A stretch of DNA of 27,702 nt, taken from NCBI GenBank assembly GCA_050250255.1, contig JBFWOZ010000038.1, positions 1-27,702 of the forward strand. Reading direction: 5' to 3'. Position 1 is the first letter of the stretch. Each line of letters starts with the position of its first letter. The translations under genes and the position numbers were made by a program. This DNA comes from Bdellovibrionales bacterium. GTDB taxonomy: Bacteria; Bdellovibrionota; Bdellovibrionia; Bdellovibrionales; DASUEL01. Below the pieces are notes generated by a model. That model had not been told where the DNA came from and ran no database searches. It saw only the letters and a program-made list of their open reading frames with translations. Below are positions 8,326 to 17,037 of this stretch, in pieces.

Positions 8326-9096
8326 GTGCGACGTGCTCAGATTATTTCTATTTTTGTTCTGCTTACCTTTTTCTCTTCTCCGGGAAACGCGCAAGAATTT
8401 GGTCCCCAAAAATCTTATTTATTAGCCCAAAATGAAGGCGAAGACGCCTACGACCCATTTGCCGACTACAGTGAGTTTGATGGCGCATCCGAAGAAGAAG
8501 CAGATATCAATTTCTTTAGACACGGTCGATTCTTCACGCTCGCTTTCACTTTTGGCTACCGTCGTTTCACAGAGAATCTCGGCGAAGTCTATTCGGCATC
8601 AAACTTTTTTGGTGGCTACCTCACATACTTCTTTGATCTTCGTTTTGCTCTTCAAATTGGATACATCACTGGAGATCATGCCCTCAGCCTTCCGTACGGA
8701 GCGACCGGAAGCCTTCTCGGAACTACGACGATTTCGGCCACAAGCTTTCATCTCAAGTATTTTATGAACACTCAAAACGTGACAAAAGGCCTTGCCGACT
8801 TGAATCCCTATTTGCTCGGCGGCTTTTCACAGATCTACCGTACAACTCGTATCAGCGGGAACGATCGTTACGCTCGCGATAATGCCATGTCTTTTGATGT
8901 AGGTGTTGGTTTAGAGATTCCGCTCATGCGACATAAAATGTTTTTAGGCCTTCAAGGCATCTACCAATTTGCAAAATTTCAGGATGAAAATACCGAATTC
9001 ACCTATCGCGATGATAACGACCAAGTTCAATCGACAGGCTTTTTCCCACGTGGTGATTTGATTATGGGAAGCGCACTTCTCGGCGTGAATTTCTAA
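8326..9096 (+). CDS. Outer-membrane beta-barrel protein with an acidic N-terminal segment
   Basis: GTG 8326 follows GAGGGGG. Signal peptide to ...GNA, acidic stretch EGEDAYDPFADYSEFDGASEEEAD, strands LNPYLLGG and FDVGVGLEIP, C-terminal LLGVNF. Confidence 0.8.
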   Translation: MRRAQIISIFVLLTFFSSPGNAQEFGPQKSYLLAQNEGEDAYDPFADYSEFDGASEEEADINFFRHGRFFTLAFTFGYRRFTENLGEVYSASNFFGGYLTYFFDLRFALQIGYITGDHALSLPYGATGSLLGTTTISATSFHLKYFMNTQNVTKGLADLNPYLLGGFSQIYRTTRISGNDRYARDNAMSFDVGVGLEIPLMRHKMFLGLQGIYQFAKFQDENTEFTYRDDNDQVQSTGFFPRGDLIMGSALLGVNF

Positions 9097-9099
9097 GAA

Positions 9100-10461
9100 T
9101 CAATAGGCGCTAATATCGCGACCTTTTTTCATTGCGAAAATCCGAATCGGTATTCCAGAGAGATTCCACTCTTCTTTAATCTTCTTCGCCACAAAACGAC
9201 GATAAGCTGTCGTCACTCCGTCTGGAAAGTTCGTGAAGGCGATAAAACTAGGTGGGCGCTGTTGAGTTTGGGTGAGATAATAAAATGACACATTCTTGGT
9301 TCCATAAACCGGAGCCGGTGCCAAACGAATCACGTTCGTAAAGAATTTGTTTAAAGCACTCGTTGAAATACGAAAATTGAGTTGCGTCCAAGTTTCATCG
9401 ATAGTTTCAAAAAGTTCGTCCATCCCGGCACCTGTTTTTGCGCTTACAAAAACGATTTTTATATCTTCAAAGAAGTGGAATACTTTTGAGACTTTCTCAC
9501 GAAAGCCACTGCGATAGGCAGGGATCTCTTTATTCCCAATGTCTGATTTATTGGCGACAAGAATAAGGCCTTTATGCTTTTCTAAAATCATTTCGGCCAT
9601 TTTTGCATCTTGTTCCGTTGGACCCTCGGTGCCATCAACCATCAACAAAATGATGTCGGCCCGATAAATTGAACCCTCTGATTTGAAAGCCGAGATGATC
9701 TCAACGTCGTCTTTGCGGCGAGCTTGTTTTCTTAAACCTGCGGTATCGATAATCGTGTATTGCTTGCCATTACGTTCGAACTCTAAATCAACAGCATCCA
9801 CTGTTGTTCCAGCGGTTTCAGACACCAGCATGCGTTCTGAACCCATCAAGTAATTACAAAACGAGCTCTTTCCGACATTTGGTTTCCCAAGTACGGAAAT
9901 ACAGAGTCCACGCGTATGATGCGTCTGTTTTTCTGGAAGACGCGCTACAATCCACTCTAGGATCTCATCCAGACCCCGACGCTGTTCGAAAGAGGTCGCA
10001 ACAACATCCGATTCTGAGCTAAATTCACTAAATTCAATGCGTGCATTTTCTTCGTCTTGGCGGCTATCAACTTTATTGATGACAAGTAAAAAGGGCTTTT
10101 CAGAACGGTGAACGATTCTCATCACATCACGGTCTTCAGGACATAAACCTGCACGTCCATCCAAAACCACAATCACTAAATCAACACTTTGAAGAGTACG
10201 AAGAACTTGCTCTTTAATCATGACCGAAAATTGATCCGCGGCATCCGTGAGCCCGCCAGTGTCCATGAGGTCAAACTTTGAGCTCAACCATTCGACAGGC
10301 GCAATTTGAATATCACGAGTGACTCCAGGCTGATCTTTTACAACCGCTTTGCGGGTACCAGTAAAAATATTAAAAAGGGTCGACTTCCCTACGTTCGGGC
10401 GGCCAATAATCGCAACCGTACCACGTGAGGGCAATACGACATCACCGGGTTTCGCTGACAT
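9100..10461 (-). CDS. der: Ribosome biogenesis GTPase Der (EngA)
   Basis: Two GTPase domains (GRPNVGKS/DTGG/NKVD and GKPNVGKS/DTAG/NKSD) and a C-terminal KH-like domain (YLTQ...PPSF...GIPIRI). Confidence 0.98.
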   Translation of the reverse strand: MSAKPGDVVLPSRGTVAIIGRPNVGKSTLFNIFTGTRKAVVKDQPGVTRDIQIAPVEWLSSKFDLMDTGGLTDAADQFSVMIKEQVLRTLQSVDLVIVVLDGRAGLCPEDRDVMRIVHRSEKPFLLVINKVDSRQDEENARIEFSEFSSESDVVATSFEQRRGLDEILEWIVARLPEKQTHHTRGLCISVLGKPNVGKSSFCNYLMGSERMLVSETAGTTVDAVDLEFERNGKQYTIIDTAGLRKQARRKDDVEIISAFKSEGSIYRADIILLMVDGTEGPTEQDAKMAEMILEKHKGLILVANKSDIGNKEIPAYRSGFREKVSKVFHFFEDIKIVFVSAKTGAGMDELFETIDETWTQLNFRISTSALNKFFTNVIRLAPAPVYGTKNVSFYYLTQTQQRPPSFIAFTNFPDGVTTAYRRFVAKKIKEEWNLSGIPIRIFAMKKGRDISAY

Positions 10462-11395
10462 ACCCTAACTCCTGAAGCTCATGTCGATTTGTACTCCAGC
10501 CTTCTTTGACTACAACATGTAGGCCTAAGAACACTTTTCCACCGATGAGATTTTGAATGTTTTTACGAGCTTCAGAACCAATCGTTTTAATCATCTCTCC
10601 ACTTTTACCAATTACGATTTGCTTATGAGATTGTCGTTCCACAATAAGATCTGCTTCGATACGCGTCATGTTTTTAGTTTCCTCACTCGCTTCTTCAAAA
10701 GAACGAATGGACACGGCGGTGCCGTATGGAATTTCCTGCTTTAAATTTAAAAAACATTGTTCACGAATAAACTCCGCACAAAGATCGCGAATCCTGTGCG
10801 TTGTAGAGAGATCAGGATCATAAAGAGGTCCAGGAGAAATCGGCATATAAGGACGAAGAAGCGTTCTCATTTGCTCTTGCAAGCGATCTTGAGTTTTCTT
10901 TTTATCTGTCAGTCGACTTGAAATAAATGTGATGGCGGCCACTTTGTCGGCATACTTTTGTTGAGCCAGATCCAAGGCTTCTGCCATTTGACTTCCCTTA
11001 GCCATATCCGCTTTGGAAATACAGAGAACGATCGGTTTTTTTGTTTTCAAAAGTTCCTGCAGAATACTACTTTGATCTTTTTTGACGTTCTCTACAGAGA
11101 GGAGCCACAAAAAGGCATCAGCACCTTTAACGGCTTCATCAAACTCATCTTTTAAAAACTGATTCATCTTGCTGCGTACTTTCCAGATATATCCTGGAGG
11201 ATCGATAAAAATAATCTGTTCATTTTCTGAAGAAAGAATTCCCGGAGTTCTTCGTTGAGTCGTTTGCGGCTTAGAAGAAACGATGGCGAGTTTTTCACCG
11301 ATCAGTAAATTTAAAAGCGTGCTTTTACCTGCATTTGCTTCACCAACAATTGCGACAAAACCAGCACGAAAATCATTTTCTAATTTCTCACCCAT
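10442..11395 (-). CDS. era: GTPase Era
   Basis: AGFVAIVG..NAGKSTLLN, KPQTT, EFIREQ, QEIPY, KH motif VIGKSGEMIK, L.LHVVVKEGW. Lies between rnc and der. Confidence 0.97.
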   Translation of the reverse strand: MGEKLENDFRAGFVAIVGEANAGKSTLLNLLIGEKLAIVSSKPQTTQRRTPGILSSENEQIIFIDPPGYIWKVRSKMNQFLKDEFDEAVKGADAFLWLLSVENVKKDQSSILQELLKTKKPIVLCISKADMAKGSQMAEALDLAQQKYADKVAAITFISSRLTDKKKTQDRLQEQMRTLLRPYMPISPGPLYDPDLSTTHRIRDLCAEFIREQCFLNLKQEIPYGTAVSIRSFEEASEETKNMTRIEADLIVERQSHKQIVIGKSGEMIKTIGSEARKNIQNLIGGKVFLGLHVVVKEGWSTNRHELQELGYVSETR

Positions 11396-11410
11396 TCTTA
11401 AACCTTATCC

Positions 11411-12154
11411 TTACATTCTTTCAAGACCCATACGGGCCGCAGCTTGCTCAGCTGCTTTTTTAGTACGACCCCAACCGAGCCCGACAGTTCGTCCATTCAC
11501 CTTCACACGCACTTCAAAGCGCCTGTTGTGCTCAGGGCCAATTTCTTCTTGAAGCTTATATTGCGGCACAGATGCAAAATTCTTTTGAGATAACTCTTGA
11601 AGCTTTGATTTGTAATCACAGCTAAAATCTGAAGACCAATCGTGATGTTGTATTTGTACTCTTAAAATAGGCCGAAGAACAGTCTGAACTGTGGCGTAGT
11701 CAGAATCTTTGAGAATCGCTCCGATCACCGCTTCGAAGGCAGAAGACAAAATACGAGGATTTGAAGCAACTCCTGCCGCTTTTTCCCCACGACCTAAACG
11801 CAATCTTGTATCAAATTTGAGTTCGAGAGCTAAATCAGAGAGCGCCTGCTCGTTCACAAGGCTTGCGCGACGTTTTGAAAGATTACCCTCGGTATCTTCC
11901 GGGAAAATCTCCATTAATAATTCTGTCACCAGAAGTCCTAAAACCGAATCACCCAAAAACTCGAAAGTTTCATTATGTGACGATGACTCTTCGTGAGGAT
12001 TTTCATTTGCAAAACTTTTATGTGTCAGCGCCTGAATGAGAAGCTGAGTATTTTTAAACTGGTAACCGAGAATGTAGCCTTCACCGGGAGTCATGCTCAT
12101 TTCTCCTTTAGATTCTACAATGGATTCAATTTGCGAACTTTCAAGAGTCTTCAC
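11411..12154 (-). CDS. rnc: Ribonuclease III
   Basis: ALTHKS, NETFEFLGDSVL, EGNLSKRRA, FEAVIGA, and a dsRBD (DYKSKLQE...GPEHNRRF...KKAAEQAAA). GGGAGG RBS before GTG. Confidence 0.97.
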   Translation of the reverse strand: MKTLESSQIESIVESKGEMSMTPGEGYILGYQFKNTQLLIQALTHKSFANENPHEESSSHNETFEFLGDSVLGLLVTELLMEIFPEDTEGNLSKRRASLVNEQALSDLALELKFDTRLRLGRGEKAAGVASNPRILSSAFEAVIGAILKDSDYATVQTVLRPILRVQIQHHDWSSDFSCDYKSKLQELSQKNFASVPQYKLQEEIGPEHNRRFEVRVKVNGRTVGLGWGRTKKAAEQAAARMGLERM

Positions 12155-12264
12155 AATAAAAACCTCCCACCATTTTGGTCTAATTTCTTGGGCGATTGTG
12201 CTCTATTTTCGAGATTTTTTTAAGTGTTTTAACAGCCCGTGTTAATTCGATATGTCAAAAGATC

Positions 12265-13602
12265 TTACAGGGAGATGGCGGTGAGGCGGCCGGAGAATTC
12301 GCCCTTCTCAAAACCTCTATGACCTGTAATTTTTATAGAACGCTCTTCGCCCATCTGTATCGGTTCTTCCATAATCACCGGCCAGTAATCTCTTGTTAAT
12401 GTACGTGTCGTTAATTGGCTTTGAGCTAAAGTTTCTGGAGAATCCTTTAGAGGAAGTGCCCATTTCACTGTGCCTACTTGTTTTTCTGCTTCGCTTACAA
12501 AGCGATTATAACTCAGTTCCCGCAAGCGGCGTGCACGTTCTTTGATATGAGCCGGCTCTACCGGATTCGGTAAGCGAAGTGCCAGAGTCCCGGGTCGCTG
12601 GCTGTAAGGAAAGACATGGAGTCGTGTCCAAGGAAGTTCGTGTAAACGCTGGTAAGTATCTAAAAAGTCCTCTTCCGTTTCTCCAGGAAATCCTGCGATG
12701 ACATCCATTCCAACAAAAGCATGAGGCAGCTGCGTGGCGATCGCCTTCAACGCTTCTTCCACTTGCTCCGCGGAGTACTGACGCTTCATATCTCTCAGCA
12801 CTTTCGTATTCGCGCTCTGAATACTCATGTGAAAATGCGTACAAAGCCGAGGGTCACGATAAAGTTCTAACAAGCGTGGTGTGAGCTCAATAGGTTCTAG
12901 ACTAGAAAGACGAAAACGTGGAATTTTTGTTTTTAAAAGAAGGATCTCGACGAGATCTTCCAATGTGTTTGTTTGATCCTGGTAATCACCAATATGGACT
13001 CCGGTGAGTACAACTTCACGAATGTTTTTTTCGTAAAGCGCGTTTGCGCGACTGACTAAATCAGCAATAGGAATACTTCGGCTTTTCCCTCTCGCAAAAG
13101 GGATTACGCAAAAGGTACAAAAGCTGTTACAGCCATCCTGAATTTTTAAAAAAGAACGTGTGTGATCTTCTTCTAATCCCCCACCCGCTTCGAGATCGTC
13201 TTTTTTGAAAATCAAACTTTTAAAAACTTTTTCTTGAAGTTGGCCCTTAAAATATTTTTCAATCAAATTTTCGATTTGACCTTTATGGGAGTTGGCAACC
13301 ACGAGGTCGACTCCAGGAAGACTACTGAATTGATCTGTATCCACCTGTGCCGCACAACCGGTCACAACAACCGTACAGAAAGGATCTTTGCTCTTGAGAC
13401 GGCGAACTAATTTGACGGCTTCTTTGGTGGCTTCACTCGTCACCGCACAAGTATTTAAGATGTGAATTTTGCTTTCGCTTTTTTCGGGGTTCGTCCACGT
13501 ATCGACAGACTTTTTGGCTTCAAACCTCTGAGTGAGAAGACCGGAATCGTAAGTATTCACCTTACAACCAAAAGTGTGGATATTATATTTTAAACGATCC
13601 AT
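12265..13602 (-). CDS. mtaB: tRNA t6A37 methylthiotransferase MtaB
   Basis: TFGCKVNTYD, NTCAVT, VTGCAAQ, radical SAM motif KIQDGCNSFCTFC, RLSSLEP, LHVFPYSQRPGT. Confidence 0.95.
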   Translation of the reverse strand: MDRLKYNIHTFGCKVNTYDSGLLTQRFEAKKSVDTWTNPEKSESKIHILNTCAVTSEATKEAVKLVRRLKSKDPFCTVVVTGCAAQVDTDQFSSLPGVDLVVANSHKGQIENLIEKYFKGQLQEKVFKSLIFKKDDLEAGGGLEEDHTRSFLKIQDGCNSFCTFCVIPFARGKSRSIPIADLVSRANALYEKNIREVVLTGVHIGDYQDQTNTLEDLVEILLLKTKIPRFRLSSLEPIELTPRLLELYRDPRLCTHFHMSIQSANTKVLRDMKRQYSAEQVEEALKAIATQLPHAFVGMDVIAGFPGETEEDFLDTYQRLHELPWTRLHVFPYSQRPGTLALRLPNPVEPAHIKERARRLRELSYNRFVSEAEKQVGTVKWALPLKDSPETLAQSQLTTRTLTRDYWPVIMEEPIQMGEERSIKITGHRGFEKGEFSGRLTAISL

Positions 13603-14735
13603 CCGCCGCCCAGCAATTGATTGTCACGATAAACAACTGCCGCCTGCCCTGGAGTGATGGCACGTTGAGGTTGATCAAAATGAACTACGGTCTGTTCGTC
13701 CTCGATACGAATTTCTCCGAGAGCGCCTTCGTGGTGTGCGCGAATTTTAAATTTCACTTTTTCGCCAGGCTGCACCCGGGTGATCCAGCTTGTTTTTTCT
13801 AAAATCATTTTATCTGAAAAAAGATATTTCTCTTCCCCAACCCAAACGACATTTTCTTTGGGATCAATTTTTAGAACAAAAAGAGGTTCGTGGTGATCAA
13901 GCCCTAAGCCTTTACGTTGACCGTAAGTGAAGTGATGAATTCCGTTATGCTCGCCGATCACTTCACCAGAAGGGTATCGTTTAAAAACGCCACCCACGAG
14001 CAGATCTTTTGCGACTTGAGACTCAATGAAGTTTGCGTAACCTTTATTACCCACAAAACAAATTCCGATAGAGTCTTTTTTACGAGCGTTCACGAGCTTT
14101 TTTTCTTCGGCAATTTTTCTCACCTGATCTTTTGTCATATCGCCAATCGGAAATAGCAAAAACGGCAGGACTTCCTTACGCATAGTGAAAAGAAAATAGG
14201 TTTGATCTTTCCAAGTGTCATCGCTTACGACAATTTGATTTTGACCGGACTCATCTTTCGAAATTTTTGCGTAATGTCCAGTTGCGAGATAATCGCAGTC
14301 GAGCTCTTTCATTTTTTGAATTAGGTGATCAAATTTTAAGTAGGTGTTGCAATTCACACAAGGGCTTGGAGTTCGACCTTCGAGATATTGATGAATAAAA
14401 TCGTCGATCACATAGGCTTTGAATTTGGCTTCGCAGTTCATGACGTAAAACGGGAAATCTAAACGATCCGCAACCGCTCTAGCATCTTCCACGTCAACGC
14501 TGGAACAACAGGTTCCTGCACCTTCTTGGATATCACACTCGGTATAATCCCAGACCTGCATCGTGATTCCGACCACATCGTAACCTTGATCTACAAGTAT
14601 TGCGGCTGCCACAGAACTATCCACCCCACCGCTCATCGCCACGAGAACCCGAGGTTTTGTTTTCGCAGTTGTGCTGCCGTTTGATTTTCTAAGTTGAAAA
14701 TGAGGAACTAACTCATTCATACCAGCCTCACTCAT
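13590..14735 (-). CDS. mnmA: tRNA 2-thiouridine(34) synthase MnmA
   Basis: PP-loop AMSGGVDSS, PSPCVNCN, ATGHYA, KDQTYFL, KKDSIGICF, TYGQRKGLG, AITPGQAAV. Confidence 0.98.
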   Translation of the reverse strand: MSEAGMNELVPHFQLRKSNGSTTAKTKPRVLVAMSGGVDSSVAAAILVDQGYDVVGITMQVWDYTECDIQEGAGTCCSSVDVEDARAVADRLDFPFYVMNCEAKFKAYVIDDFIHQYLEGRTPSPCVNCNTYLKFDHLIQKMKELDCDYLATGHYAKISKDESGQNQIVVSDDTWKDQTYFLFTMRKEVLPFLLFPIGDMTKDQVRKIAEEKKLVNARKKDSIGICFVGNKGYANFIESQVAKDLLVGGVFKRYPSGEVIGEHNGIHHFTYGQRKGLGLDHHEPLFVLKIDPKENVVWVGEEKYLFSDKMILEKTSWITRVQPGEKVKFKIRAHHEGALGEIRIEDEQTVVHFDQPQRAITPGQAAVVYRDNQLLGGGWIV

Positions 14736-15928
14736 ATCGCTTCCTCAATGGCTTGACGTTCACGAGCACTGAGATCGCGAATACGCAAAATCGTTCGCTC
14801 TAGAATATCAATAAATCTTTCCACTTCATTTTCTGTGTTGTACCAACCAAAACTCACTCTTAAAGAAGATTGAGCTTGTCGACGGGTAAGACCCATATTG
14901 AGGAGTACGGCACTTGGCTCGGGACTTCCGGCGCTGCAAGCAGATCCCGTACTTACGGCAACACCTTCCATGTCTAATCGCATGAGGAGAGTTTCGCCCT
15001 CAACACCATCAATCACAACACTTGAGGTATTCCCTAAACGTGGAGCTTCTCCCGCTGTAATACTGACTCCCGAGATACGCTTGCAGAGCTCGGATTCAAA
15101 ACGATTACGGAGCTTCGTCATGTACGCAATTTTCTCTTCAAGATATTTTTTCTGATCAGCCATGAGACCAAAAGCCGCGATGGCCATAATATTTTCTGTG
15201 CCCGCGCGACGGTGACGTTCTTGACCTCCACCATGAATGAGGGGTTCAAGATAGTGGCCGCGTTTGGAATAAAGAACTCCGGTACCTTTTAAAGAGTAAA
15301 ATTTGTGTCCTGCAAAGGAGGCAATATCCACATCCAGATCCCGTACGGAAAGAAACATTTTTCCTAAGGCCTGAACCGCATCGGTATGAAAAAGGGCGCC
15401 CTTTTCATGAGCGATACGAGCCATTTTTTTTATGGGAAAGATCGTTCCGGTTTCATTATTTGCGAGCATACAAGAAACAAGGGCCGTGTCTTCGCGAACT
15501 CGAGATTTAAAATCTTCAAGATCAAGGATACCACCAGGAGTAATCGGAAAAATTTCGACTTCAGCTCCAAGTGTTTCAATAAAACGAGCCGCTTCCAGAA
15601 GACTTGGATGCTCCACAGAACTTAAAAGATAATGCCGGCGAGGACTCGCTTGACGCTGATGATGGAAAAAGAGTCCCTTCAGGACAAGATTGTTGGCTTC
15701 ACTTCCGCCACTTGTAAAAATAGTTTCTAGTGGGTCACAGCCGATGAGTTCAGACAAAGATTTACGTGCATCTCGAAGATGAGTTTTAGGCCCGCGCCCA
15801 CCCCAATGAATGGAACTTGGATTTCCAAAATGCTCAGCCCATACAGGGAGTTGGGCCACTACTAGTGGGCTTAAAGGAGCTGTGGCATTATTGTCTAAAT
15901 AGATACGATGTTGTATACCCGAATTCAT
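14732..15928 (-). CDS. iscS: Group I cysteine desulfurase (IscS/NifS family)
   Basis: IYLDNNAT, GNPSSIH, FTSGGSEANN, NNETG, HTDAVQ, HKFY (PLP Lys), RAGTEN, catalytic STGSACSAG. The stop overlaps the mnmA start. Confidence 0.93.
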   Translation of the reverse strand: MNSGIQHRIYLDNNATAPLSPLVVAQLPVWAEHFGNPSSIHWGGRGPKTHLRDARKSLSELIGCDPLETIFTSGGSEANNLVLKGLFFHHQRQASPRRHYLLSSVEHPSLLEAARFIETLGAEVEIFPITPGGILDLEDFKSRVREDTALVSCMLANNETGTIFPIKKMARIAHEKGALFHTDAVQALGKMFLSVRDLDVDIASFAGHKFYSLKGTGVLYSKRGHYLEPLIHGGGQERHRRAGTENIMAIAAFGLMADQKKYLEEKIAYMTKLRNRFESELCKRISGVSITAGEAPRLGNTSSVVIDGVEGETLLMRLDMEGVAVSTGSACSAGSPEPSAVLLNMGLTRRQAQSSLRVSFGWYNTENEVERFIDILERTILRIRDLSARERQAIEEAI

Positions 15929-16060
15929 GGGCTATCTTGTAACACGAGATCCCCCTTTTTGAGAAAATCTTTCCATATGAGATTTCCCTTCCGTGCAAAA
16001 AAACCTCTTTTGTACAAAAAAACTTAACCGAACTTCAACCCCTTTGCGTCAGATCCACAA

Positions 16061-16086
16061 CTTTAGAGGCTAAAACTCCTCTAAAG
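16061..16086. promoter_or_regulatory. Inverted repeat CTTTAGAGG-N8-CCTCTAAAG (operator or leader hairpin)
   Basis: Perfect 9-bp arms ending 32 nt before ATG 16119, in a divergent intergenic region. Confidence 0.4.
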
Positions 16087-16118
16087 CGCTCGCCACAGGG
16101 GTAATAAGGGAGGATTAC

Positions 16119-17027
16119 ATGAAGTCTCAACTTCATTTGTATTTAAAAAAAAGGGTGGGGCCTTTTATAAGAACTTTTTTTATTCTGCTGCTTTGCCTCG
16201 ATATGGGGCCACCAGCTGAAGCACAAGAGAGTTCTCTCTCAACGGCTTCTCCGATTCCAGCCATTCAAACTTCGCTACCGGCTCAGCCCACAAATCGCAC
16301 TACACCTTCTTTTTTTAAACTTTCAGGACAAATTAAAAATGAATCGCAAATTCAAGGTTCGCAAGGCCCTCAAGCGCTCTCTCAACTCGTCCTCTCTCTT
16401 ATCCCGAGCCTACAGTGGAAAGAGATCAGGCTTTCTGTGGCTTCCGAACTCACAAAAGAGCAACAGGGAAAACAAAAACTGTCGGTATCTGATACGAAAG
16501 TATCACTAGGGCATAAGCCTCTCACACTTTCGAAAGGGCTTACGACCCAAGCAAAAGTTTCTTATATCGCCGCGACGAATGAGGATTCTATAAAACAAGA
16601 TCGTTTGCGCGCCGGAGCCTCGGTAGAACCCTCTATAAGGCAAGAGCTTCAGTTAGGTGTGCCCGTTACTTTGGATTACCGACTCGGGTTTCGCCAAAAT
16701 TTCCATGAATACAACGTCAATGCTGATGGCAATGCGAATATCCAGTGGGTGTTTTCTCATGTGGTTGGCGTGACAGTAGGAGTGATGGAAGATTTAGAAA
16801 TTTCCATCGCAGGACTATGGCGAACTGCACGCACATACAAAAATTTCGAGCGACTCGGGTTTGGACTCAGCGAAGAAATCAGTTGGGGCGTTTCTAAAAA
16901 CTGGAACCTCTTTCTGGGTCACTCCAATGAAGGAAGTTTGCAACCAGCGGAAAGACAAAATTCAAGTTTAAAAGCTTTTGACGACAAATCCTCTGTGATC
17001 TACGGCGGATTTGGATGGGATTTTTAA
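16119..17027 (+). CDS. Probable outer-membrane beta-barrel protein
   Basis: GGGAGG RBS, signal-peptide-like N-terminus, S/P/T linker, many amphipathic strands, C-terminal beta-signal IYGGFGWDF. Confidence 0.75.
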   Translation: MKSQLHLYLKKRVGPFIRTFFILLLCLDMGPPAEAQESSLSTASPIPAIQTSLPAQPTNRTTPSFFKLSGQIKNESQIQGSQGPQALSQLVLSLIPSLQWKEIRLSVASELTKEQQGKQKLSVSDTKVSLGHKPLTLSKGLTTQAKVSYIAATNEDSIKQDRLRAGASVEPSIRQELQLGVPVTLDYRLGFRQNFHEYNVNADGNANIQWVFSHVVGVTVGVMEDLEISIAGLWRTARTYKNFERLGFGLSEEISWGVSKNWNLFLGHSNEGSLQPAERQNSSLKAFDDKSSVIYGGFGWDF

Positions 17028-17037
17028 AGGAGGGGTT

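Noticed and set aside
12229..12245. TTAACA-N5-TGTTAA upstream of rnc as an operator or RNase III autoregulatory stem
   Set aside because: The arms are only 6 bp and AT-rich, too weak to support.
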